IMG/VR virus record: IMGVR_UViG_3300037755_000274 | Coordinates: 1-45,604 of that record | Length of the DNA: 45,604 nt | Strand: one strand, 5' to 3' | DNA from: a virus | Taxonomy: Duplodnaviria > Caudoviricetes | Shown here: positions 9,194-16,364 of the stretch, one piece after another | Layout: every line of letters starts with the position of its first letter | Numbering within the stretch: position 1 is the first letter of the stretch | The notes under the pieces: generated by a model | What the model was told of the DNA's origin: nothing | Seen by the model: only the letters and a program-made list of their open reading frames with translations | Databases searched by the model: none | Made by a program: the position numbers and the translations under genes

Positions 9194-9203
9194 GAGCACC
9201 ACC

Positions 9204-9317
9204 ATGGACCCGTTCTGGCTAGGAGTTCTTGTAACCCTCGCAATCGAGGGCGGTCTGTTTGTCGGGGGTGGTTTGTTCTGCTTCGGATTTTTCCTTGTGA
9301 TGGTCAGGCTCGGGTGA
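9204..9317 (+). CDS. Small membrane protein (37 aa)
   Basis: GGAG RBS; MDPFWLGVLVTLAIEGGLFVGGGLFCFGFFLVMVRLG. Confidence 0.55.
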   Translation: MDPFWLGVLVTLAIEGGLFVGGGLFCFGFFLVMVRLG

Positions 9318-9329
9318 GCGGCGGATACG

Positions 9330-9620
9330 ATGACCGACGTGTCGGACCATAAGGAGCGCAAACCCCGGACCAAGAAGCGGGGCGGCCTCTTTGTGAACGA
9401 CGCGGAGTTGATCGAGCTGTTCAACGTGCCTGAGAAGACCGCGCGGGAAGCCATCAACGAGCTGGACCGCGACCCCAGGCGCTCCAAGTTTCCACAGCCC
9501 GTGCCCCTATGGGGCAATCGCCGGTACTGGCCGGCGGTAAAAGACTGGCTGGATCAACAGTATAGGACCGGCCAGCCAGGGGCGCAGCTTGTAACATTTC
9601 GTGAACGGAAAAGTGCGTAG
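9330..9620 (+). CDS. Probable excisionase / winged-helix recombination directionality factor
   Basis: LFVNDAELIELFNV...FPQPVPLWGNRRYWPAVKDWLD is AlpA/Xis-like; lies upstream of the integrase. Confidence 0.7.
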   Translation: MTDVSDHKERKPRTKKRGGLFVNDAELIELFNVPEKTAREAINELDRDPRRSKFPQPVPLWGNRRYWPAVKDWLDQQYRTGQPGAQLVTFRERKSA

Positions 9621-9699
9621 GCCATATTGACCTAGGCCAGATTGGCCGGTATGGTCGGATCATCAGCAAGGGCAATGATGCCCGGTGATGGAGATCAGG

Positions 9700-9888
9700 A
9701 TGAAATCGCGCACTCATACCGTGATGGTCACAGTGACTTTCGACAAGCCGTGCACGCGCCGGATTGCGCTACGGGAATTGAAGGACACTATTCACGGCAA
9801 CGAATATTGCACTCAATTCGAGGACAGTGAGCCGGGGGAATACAGGGTCCGCACGGTCAAGATGGCCCCTGAGAAGGTAGCGGCATGA
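9700..9888 (+). CDS. Hypothetical protein
   Basis: GGAG RBS. Confidence 0.65.
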   Translation: MKSRTHTVMVTVTFDKPCTRRIALRELKDTIHGNEYCTQFEDSEPGEYRVRTVKMAPEKVAA

Positions 9889-10100
9889 CCGGCCCCCAAT
9901 ACCGTGCCGCCCTCGAAACGCTTGGCCAGACTCAGGTCGGGGCGGCGCGGCTGTTCAAGATAGGCGAGCGCACGTCGCGCCGCTGGGCAGAGGAAGGTGT
10001 AACCGGGACGGCTGAGACTTTGATTAAGTTGATGCTTGCCGGCCTAGTCACCGTGAAAGATATCGAGAAGATCAATGCTCGCAAGTCCGCCAAAAATTGA
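9885..10100 (+). CDS. Small HTH (XRE-like) DNA-binding protein
   Basis: LGQTQVGAARLFKIGERTSRRW. Confidence 0.75.
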   Translation: MTGPQYRAALETLGQTQVGAARLFKIGERTSRRWAEEGVTGTAETLIKLMLAGLVTVKDIEKINARKSAKN

Positions 10101-11346
10101 CGACGCGCCCGGCCTGAAATGGCGGCGGCGGCGCACCGGATGGTCTGCCCGCTGGCAGGCCCGCGACGACTTGATCCAGCGCGGCGTGCTGCCGAAGCAG
10201 GTCAATATCTATTTCTGGCAGGGCGAAGAACTTACCAATGCCGCCATCAATCTCATTCGTGAGCGCTGCCAGCGACTCCAGAGCGATATGCTGGTCTGGG
10301 GACGTGGTGGGGTGAATACGACGGTCCAATACGACGGCACGGTGCAGGGTTTGATTGACTGCTACATGACGGACGAACTGTCGTCCTACCGCGAGGTCCG
10401 CTACTTCACCCGCAAGCACTACAATTCCCTCTGCCGCGTGCTGGCCCGGACGGAATACGAGGACGACGACGGCGTGAACTTGACCGTTGGCGAGACGCCC
10501 ATCGCAAATATCAAAGCGCGCCACTTGAAGCGGTGGCACCGAACCTGGACCGATGGCGGCCTTAAAATACCGATGGGCTATGCCGTCATTACGATGCTGC
10601 GCAATCTTGTCGGGTTCGGCGTGACCATTTTGGAGGACGATCAGTGCATCCGGCTATCCGCGATCCTGCATCAGCTTCGCTTCCCCATGGGCAAGTCGCG
10701 CAATTCCGCGCTGACCGCCGAGCAGGCCGCGATGATCCGCGATCTGGCGCGCACCAAGGGATACCCGTCAATCGCGCTGGCGCAGGCCATTCAATTCGAG
10801 TTCACATGGCGGCAGAAAGACGTAATTGGTGAGTGGGTGCCGATCCCGGAAAACGGGAGTTCGGATATCACCAACGGCCATGACAAGTGGTTGCGCGGGC
10901 TGCGCTGGAATGAGATCGACGAAAGCATGGTCGTCCACCATATCACCAGCAAGCGCCAGAAGCTCAGCGAGCCGGATATCCGCTACGCGCCGATGGTGCT
11001 GCAAGAGATGATGCTGACCTTCGGAACCGTGGAGCGCGCCGGGCTGCCGGCGAGCGGGGCCGTCATTGTCTGTGAGACAACCGGCCTGCCCTGGGAGCCG
11101 CAGTCGTTTCGAAATATGTGGCGGGCGCTTGCGACCGAGTGCGGCATCCCCACGACGGTGCGGAACATGGACACCAGGGCCGGCGCGATCACCGAGGCGT
11201 TCGCCGTCGATGCGCCTAGCGATATGATCCGCAAGACGGCCACGCACAGCAATATCAGCATGACCGGCAAATACAGCCGGGACGACGCCAAGGCGACCGC
11301 CGAAGTAATGCAATTGCGGGCCGCGTCACGGTCGAACAAACCGTGA
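10075..11346 (+). CDS. int: Tyrosine recombinase / phage integrase
   Basis: Catalytic R in FEFTWRQKD; RNMDTRAGAITEA in place of HxLR; ATHS; GKYSR tyrosine. Confidence 0.9.
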   Translation: MLASPPKIDDAPGLKWRRRRTGWSARWQARDDLIQRGVLPKQVNIYFWQGEELTNAAINLIRERCQRLQSDMLVWGRGGVNTTVQYDGTVQGLIDCYMTDELSSYREVRYFTRKHYNSLCRVLARTEYEDDDGVNLTVGETPIANIKARHLKRWHRTWTDGGLKIPMGYAVITMLRNLVGFGVTILEDDQCIRLSAILHQLRFPMGKSRNSALTAEQAAMIRDLARTKGYPSIALAQAIQFEFTWRQKDVIGEWVPIPENGSSDITNGHDKWLRGLRWNEIDESMVVHHITSKRQKLSEPDIRYAPMVLQEMMLTFGTVERAGLPASGAVIVCETTGLPWEPQSFRNMWRALATECGIPTTVRNMDTRAGAITEAFAVDAPSDMIRKTATHSNISMTGKYSRDDAKATAEVMQLRAASRSNKP

Positions 11347-11520
11347 AGAAACGCGGAGCGAACGAGACTAGAACAGGACAGGTGGCGCTTGGGTGGCGCG
11401 GGCATCTAAACCATTGGAATCTTTAGGGCCAATGTTAAGAGTCTGCAAACCGCAACATCAATGATTTCAAGGCCAGCGCCACCTAGAGAACGGTAAATGA
11501 ACAGTCAAGGAACGGCAGGA
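11347..11520. other. Candidate attP region
   Basis: Non-coding region directly after int; AT-richer centre (11405-11470) flanked on both sides by GAAC-containing repeats at about 11-bp spacing, like arm-type sites. Confidence 0.55.
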
Positions 11521-11766
11521 GACGGTTATGGACAAGGCAAAGACTGAGGCTGAAAGCTATAGCGCGGACCGTTTTGGCATTCAAAACCACCTCGGTGGCA
11601 TTTGGACGCCGGAAACATTCAAATCGGCAGAAGACGCGCAAGCTTTCCTGGATAATTCGAAGAAAAATTGGAAGGGGAATGGTCTGGATCGCCACAAGGT
11701 CATCCCGGTGAGCGTCACCATTTTGTCGCGAGCTGAGAACGGGCAGTAAACAGTCAAGGAACGGCA
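11486..11766 (+). repeat. 32-bp direct repeat (28/32 identical) at 11486-11517 and 11735-11766
   Basis: GAGAACGG-N6-AACAGTCAAGGAACGGCA brackets ORF 11528-11749. Confidence 0.9.
11528..11749 (+). CDS. Hypothetical protein
   Basis: GGAG RBS. Confidence 0.7.
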   Translation: MDKAKTEAESYSADRFGIQNHLGGIWTPETFKSAEDAQAFLDNSKKNWKGNGLDRHKVIPVSVTILSRAENGQ

Positions 11767-11802
11767 TGACGCGGCAGAATGTGCCGCTTGGAGGAGAGGA
11801 AG

Positions 11803-12090
11803 ATGGCGCAATGGCAGTCAGAACAGCAGCACGACGCTCCAGGCAATCCCCTGCAAGAATGGCGTATCGTCGACTTGGATAAGCATGACGTACAGGGCGA
11901 GGTGGTTGCCACAGTGTATCTGAAAGCCGCCGCACCGCTGATCGCCGCCGCGCCGAAGATGCTGGCGGCGCTTGAAACTTTAATCCGCTGGCATGACGCC
12001 GTCCCTGCGAAAGAGTTTATTCCGGGACCAATACATACGGTTATCGACCGCGCCCGCGCCGCCATCGCTGATGCGACCGAACTACAGTGA
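11803..12090 (+). CDS. Hypothetical protein with LIAAAPKMLAALE...RARAAIA module
   Basis: GGAGGAG RBS. Confidence 0.75.
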   Translation: MAQWQSEQQHDAPGNPLQEWRIVDLDKHDVQGEVVATVYLKAAAPLIAAAPKMLAALETLIRWHDAVPAKEFIPGPIHTVIDRARAAIADATELQ

Positions 12091-12114
12091 CACCGCAGAC
12101 AGGAAGGACGGCAA

Positions 12115-12333
12115 ATGAGCGAGTGGCAACCGATAGAGACGGCTCCGACCAGCCCCGAAACCGACCCTCCGCTGATTATGCTTTGGGTCGATGACGGCGG
12201 AATGAAGGGCAACGGGTGCCATGCTTTTGGACGTTGCTACCGTAGCGCCGATGGCACTGTGCGCGGCGTCCCTATCGGATTCCACGGATTCACATGCACC
12301 AAATGGCAGCCCCTACCAGACCCGCCGAAGTGA
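12115..12333 (+). CDS. DUF551-like phage protein
   Basis: MSEWQPIETAP...TKWQPLPDPP. Confidence 0.8.
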   Translation: MSEWQPIETAPTSPETDPPLIMLWVDDGGMKGNGCHAFGRCYRSADGTVRGVPIGFHGFTCTKWQPLPDPPK

Positions 12334-12370
12334 AGTTGGCGAATGATGATACCGCATTAGTGGGGACCGA

Positions 12371-12895
12371 ATGGCGCGAAAGACGAAAGCGCAAGAGCAG
12401 GCCGAAAGGGATGCCGCGTGGCAGGCCGAGCAGGAGCGCGTTCGCAAACTTGGCGACCTATTTTATGCCTTACCGGCAGGAGCACAAAAGATAGCCCTAC
12501 AGAAAGCCATGAGAGACAGAATAATAGACCTCTACAATGAATGCAGGCTTGAGCAGGGCGATGCGATACTAGAGTTCTTACCGAACGAGTTTGCACGCAA
12601 ATTGCTGGATTGGTACTTCCCAGATGACGATGCGCAAACATCACAGCCGCCGCCACCGACGCCAATCGAAGATGAAGCTACGGAGTCGCGGAAAGTTCAA
12701 GATCAACCACAATCACCCATCAGGGCGGACGGGGATGGTCCAAGCGAAGCGGACGCCGAAATCGTCGCCATCGCCAAAGACCTAGTGGCGCTTTGGCAGA
12801 ATCCAAATATCAAGGGACTACCGCGCGCCGAACGAAATGCCGCAATCGAGGAAACACGAAACCGCTTGATCGCAGCGGTGGGTATTAATGGATAG
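12371..12895 (+). CDS. Hypothetical protein
   Basis: GGGGA RBS. Confidence 0.7.
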   Translation: MARKTKAQEQAERDAAWQAEQERVRKLGDLFYALPAGAQKIALQKAMRDRIIDLYNECRLEQGDAILEFLPNEFARKLLDWYFPDDDAQTSQPPPPTPIEDEATESRKVQDQPQSPIRADGDGPSEADAEIVAIAKDLVALWQNPNIKGLPRAERNAAIEETRNRLIAAVGING

Positions 12896-12903
12896 AAAAT
12901 ATC

Positions 12904-13086
12904 ATGCACGATATAGACCTGACCGTAGTTGACGCGCTTCGCTTCGTGAAAGTGTCAATTACACACGATTGGCCATCTGGCCTAGAGCCGGCCGGTAATG
13001 GCTATTTGACAGGGGCAAGCTGCGCAATGCTTGTCTTGGAATTGAGGCGCGGTGGATACGAAATAGTTAAGAGCACTAACGGGTAG
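12904..13086 (+). CDS. Hypothetical protein
   Basis: ORF fills the gap and ends inside a junction site. Confidence 0.55.
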   Translation: MHDIDLTVVDALRFVKVSITHDWPSGLEPAGNGYLTGASCAMLVLELRRGGYEIVKSTNG

Positions 13087-13094
13087 TGACCAAA

Positions 13095-13364
13095 ATGAAA
13101 ATGCCATCCAAAACAGCAATGGATGTTGTGAATAGATTTCCCTGGTCAGCAAACGTTCGCCTCGACGGGGGGCTGGTTGGGCAGGAATATTTGGTGGCCG
13201 AAGCAATTGATTTAGCTCTTGCCGCCGAGCGCGAGGCTTGCGCGCAGATATGCGAGCAAGCGGCCCGCAGCCTGATTATCGGACGCAGGCGCACCAACCA
13301 AATTGATCGACACACGGCGGACGTGTTGATGGACAAGGCTCGCAAGATTCGCGAGCGGTACTAA
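13095..13364 (+). CDS. Hypothetical protein (AEREACAQIC motif)
   Basis: Motif common in small phage proteins; bounded by junction sites. Confidence 0.7.
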   Translation: MKMPSKTAMDVVNRFPWSANVRLDGGLVGQEYLVAEAIDLALAAEREACAQICEQAARSLIIGRRRTNQIDRHTADVLMDKARKIRERY

Positions 13365-13380
13365 GGAACGGTGACCACCG

Positions 13381-13575
13381 ATGAAATTGGAAATTCCAGA
13401 TCAGGCCCTTGTTGCGCGGTGCGGAGGGGACTGGGGTAATGCCACGTCTACCGACCTTGGCGCTATCGTGAAGCAATACCTCTATTCAAACCCACCCGTA
13501 TCGACGCGCAAGATGCAGTTGGGGCTATTCCTGGTTGACGTTCTAGAGAGTCATCTGGACCGTGGCGGCGATTGA
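13381..13575 (+). CDS. Hypothetical protein
   Basis: Bounded by junction sites. Confidence 0.65.
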   Translation: MKLEIPDQALVARCGGDWGNATSTDLGAIVKQYLYSNPPVSTRKMQLGLFLVDVLESHLDRGGD

Positions 13576-13610
13576 TGTGTGCTCACCATATAACTTTGGA
13601 GGATAGGCCG

Positions 13611-13997
13611 ATGGGATCATTGATTGAACGCCTGCGTATCGGATGCCCGTATCGGCACATCGAAGATGGCTCGGAAAATATCGAGCCGGACGTTAAGGTC
13701 GCTAACGAAGTCATGTTCGAGGCGGCAGACGAGATCGAGCGGCTGCGGGCTGAGCGCGATGAGCTATTCGAAGCCAACGGTGCCATAGCGAACACTATTG
13801 GAGCGGATGCATTGCGACTGCGAAAGGCATTGGCGTTTTATGCGCGCCCGATAGCCTACCAGGGCGACAACCAGCACAATAACGGCCAAGACCCATTCAC
13901 GCCTGCTGACGAACCGTATATTAAAAGCATAGGACGCGATGGCGGAGCCATAGCCCGCGAAGCACTCGCGGCAATCAAAGAGCACGATGGTGATTAA
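13611..13997 (+). CDS. Hypothetical protein (EAADEIERLR...LAFYA motif)
   Basis: GGAGG RBS. Confidence 0.75.
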   Translation: MGSLIERLRIGCPYRHIEDGSENIEPDVKVANEVMFEAADEIERLRAERDELFEANGAIANTIGADALRLRKALAFYARPIAYQGDNQHNNGQDPFTPADEPYIKSIGRDGGAIAREALAAIKEHDGD

Positions 13998-14030
13998 TGA
14001 TGACTATCGTACTCTAAGGGACAGCCAAAG

Positions 14031-14237
14031 ATGAAGATCACGGAAACTGGATTTGCTGCCATCAATATTGAAACTAAACCGCCTCACATCATGGTGTGGT
14101 CCATCTGCGGGACAGCTCGTGGCGTTCGAAAAGAGGTTGCCGACAACTGGCCGCCGCGCGACGGCGAACGGGATGGATGGAAAGCAGCGAAGCGCGATGG
14201 TGTGCGTGTTCGTAAGATCAAAATAGAGACCGTTTGA
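14031..14237 (+). CDS. Hypothetical protein
   Basis: AGGG RBS after a junction site. Confidence 0.7.
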   Translation: MKITETGFAAINIETKPPHIMVWSICGTARGVRKEVADNWPPRDGERDGWKAAKRDGVRVRKIKIETV

Positions 14238-14312
14238 ATTGTCGGCCGGCGAGGCTGGCCCACGAATTTACGTGATTGATGATCACCATCACACTCTAGA
14301 GGAACAGTCCTG

Positions 14313-14492
14313 ATGCCAGAAGTAAGTGCAGAGATGTTGCGGCACTGGCAAGAGATTGTTGATCAGGCGATGGGATGCATTCGAGGCGAGACGCCAGAGG
14401 ATTGCACCTTCGGCGAGGCCGAGGATGACACGTTTGAAAAATTGCGCGCCGTCGATGCTCAAATCTCCGCCGCCTTAGCCCGAAAGGAATAG
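14313..14492 (+). CDS. Acidic hypothetical protein (59 aa)
   Basis: GAGG RBS; MPEVSAEMLRHWQEIVDQ... Confidence 0.6.
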   Translation: MPEVSAEMLRHWQEIVDQAMGCIRGETPEDCTFGEAEDDTFEKLRAVDAQISAALARKE

Positions 14493-14621
14493 GCCGATGC
14501 CATAGCAGTTGCAGACTCCGCCGGGTAATAATCCGGGCAGTACGGAGCGAGCAAGGGGAACCGGCCGACGACCCGTCACTGCCGGCGAGGCCGGTTCCCC
14601 ACGAACCTAAAGGAATAGTCA

Positions 14622-14768
14622 ATGCCTCGATACACCGTCATCATTGAGAAAGGGTGGTCGTACATCGTAGGGCCTGACGGCTACCGCGAAGGCCCAATTC
14701 GCTATCAATGGGAGGCTCAGGAATGGGCCGATGAGATGAACCTGGAGGCTGCGCAGAGCGCAGAATAG
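14622..14768 (+). CDS. Hypothetical protein (48 aa)
   Basis: AAGGA RBS; MPRYTVIIEKGWSYIVGPDG... Confidence 0.6.
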   Translation: MPRYTVIIEKGWSYIVGPDGYREGPIRYQWEAQEWADEMNLEAAQSAE

Positions 14769-14796
14769 GCCCGCAAAATATTGATGAGCAGAGAAT

Positions 14797-15060
14797 ATGA
14801 ACGAGCGCAAATGCCCCCACAGGAATATAGTTGATTGTCCGCTCTATATCGGAATGCACATTGTTGGCGGGCATAGCTGTTGGTCTGATCGTTTGGAGGA
14901 AGGGCTTTGCGCGGTTGATCTCGGTGCCAACTATGACGGGCTAATTGAGGCGATGCGCGTTAAGCACCCGCGCGAGGTTGCAGAATGCGAATGGCGATCT
15001 GCACAGCGCGAAAGCCAGGAGCAGCGGAAGCGAAACATGCTCCTTGCTGGCATACACTAA
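14797..15060 (+). CDS. Hypothetical Cys/His protein
   Basis: CPHRNIVDCPLY. Confidence 0.7.
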   Translation: MNERKCPHRNIVDCPLYIGMHIVGGHSCWSDRLEEGLCAVDLGANYDGLIEAMRVKHPREVAECEWRSAQRESQEQRKRNMLLAGIH

Positions 15061-15088
15061 TAAGAGATTGACATAATAGGAGACCGAT

Positions 15089-15292
15089 TTGGACAGCCAA
15101 GACAAGGTCGTGTTCTTAGCGTTCGACAATCCGAACGCAGCGGCGGTCTGCACGATCACATTTATCGGATGCAAGAATTGCAAAAACAAGACCTTCACAT
15201 TACTGAAGGATGATCTTGACAAGTTCACCCTGGTCCGATGCGCTGCTTGCGGCAGCGACATAGGCCGGATGGGGTGGGCCGATGAATGCTAA
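15089..15292 (+). CDS. Zn-ribbon protein
   Basis: CKNC...CAAC; TTG start with GGAG RBS. Confidence 0.7.
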   Translation: MDSQDKVVFLAFDNPNAAAVCTITFIGCKNCKNKTFTLLKDDLDKFTLVRCAACGSDIGRMGWADEC

Positions 15293-15328
15293 TAAGCGAT
15301 TAACATAAGCCAAAGAGGAATAGGCCTA

Positions 15329-15502
15329 ATGGAAATAGAACCAGGAACTGAGATGGACCGCTGCCCGCGATGTGGTGGCTGGATCAGCCTCGGGCATGCC
15401 CTGGGGTCTGAATGTCGCGAGGGTTTACGCGAGGAAATAAAAACCCGCTCTCGGGCTGGTCTTGAGCCGGCACCTTGGCCGAAGTGCGGGGACGCAGAAT
15501 AG
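15329..15502 (+). CDS. Small CxxC protein (57 aa)
   Basis: GAGGA RBS; CPRCGG. Confidence 0.6.
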   Translation: MEIEPGTEMDRCPRCGGWISLGHALGSECREGLREEIKTRSRAGLEPAPWPKCGDAE

Positions 15503-15511
15503 TCATGGGCA

Positions 15512-15820
15512 ATGAACATCATGCGATATTTTAGACTTCCGGGAATGACGCGACGCCAAGCCTTGGGGCTATGGTGGTTCAATAATGTCAAACGCCACTA
15601 TCAGCACTGGCGGTTTAAACGGAGGTTCGGAGCCGAATGGGTAGCCAGCGGGCGCGACATAAAACGAATCCCAAAGTGCGGTGCGTTCTCACCTGAGACT
15701 TGGGCTTGGGCTCTCGAACAGGCAAAGAAGATAGAGAACAGAGGTTCGCCGCGCCAGGGAAAGCCGTTTTCTGAATTTCGCAAAGAGGTCGAGCGCCGGC
15801 AGAACCGCGTTAATAGATGA
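15512..15820 (+). CDS. Basic hypothetical protein
   Basis: ORF ends inside a junction site. Confidence 0.55.
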   Translation: MNIMRYFRLPGMTRRQALGLWWFNNVKRHYQHWRFKRRFGAEWVASGRDIKRIPKCGAFSPETWAWALEQAKKIENRGSPRQGKPFSEFRKEVERRQNRVNR

Positions 15821-15840
15821 TTAGCATAATAGGAGCTAGC

Positions 15841-16305
15841 GTGGCCAAATTTTCAAAAACGGCGTTATGGATTCGCGAGCATCTTGATTACACAGAGGAC
15901 GATTGCCTGATTTGGCCGTTCTTTCGTGACGCCAATGGGTATGGACGAGTAAAAGCCGGTACTACTATTGGGTGGGCTCACAGGGTAATATGCGAACTAA
16001 GAAATGGACCTGCCCCGCTAGGGCACGAGGCCGCACATAGCTGCGGTAATGGTCGCCGTGGCTGCGTAAATCCACGGCACCTTTCTTGGAAAACACGCCG
16101 AGAAAATCAGCTTGACCGCCGCCGTCACGGCACAAAAGCGGCCGGCGCCTACCGTTGGTCTCGCTCGAAACTTAAGATAGATCAAGTTCGCGAGATCAGG
16201 CGGCTGCGAGGTCTGGAAACCCAGAGGGCTATAGCTGATCGGTTTGGCGTCACAGACGCGACAATCCGAGATATCTATAGCGGCAAGAGTTGGCGAAACG
16301 CATAA
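15841..16305 (+). CDS. HNH endonuclease with C-terminal HTH
   Basis: CLIWP...GYG...AHR...AAHSCGNG...CVNPRHLSW...EN; TQRAIADRFGVT. Confidence 0.85.
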   Translation: MAKFSKTALWIREHLDYTEDDCLIWPFFRDANGYGRVKAGTTIGWAHRVICELRNGPAPLGHEAAHSCGNGRRGCVNPRHLSWKTRRENQLDRRRHGTKAAGAYRWSRSKLKIDQVREIRRLRGLETQRAIADRFGVTDATIRDIYSGKSWRNA

Positions 16306-16364
16306 TATTTTCAAGAGATTAGCATCTAACTCCAGAGGAGAATCCCAATGCTCCGCGCATGCGC

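Larger units (their letters stand above)
12346..16323 (+). repeat. Array 2 of 16-bp junction sites, 9 clear copies plus 1 degenerate
   Basis: Copies start at 12346, 13076, 13361, 13572, 13990, 14272, 15057, 15289 and 15810; 16308 has a degenerate left arm. Confidence 0.75.

Noticed and set aside
11438-11455. attP core matching the tRNA-Cys anticodon loop (GTCTGCAAA)
   Set aside because: The match is too short to support without a host sequence.
14505-14555. Twister-like ribozyme
   Set aside because: Only a CTCCG/CGGAG stem resembles it; the pseudoknot pairings could not be identified.
15298-15325. GATTAACATAA-like arms as XerD half-sites of pdif modules
   Set aside because: They resemble ATTTAACATAA, but no XerC-type arm follows 6 bp after ATAA (an RBS does), so dif geometry is absent.
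5041-16323. Classical integron (IntI plus attC) or CRISPR array
   Set aside because: No 60-140-bp attC hairpins were seen, the integrase looks like a prophage Int with Xis, and the repeats are degenerate and separated by whole genes; no cas genes are present.
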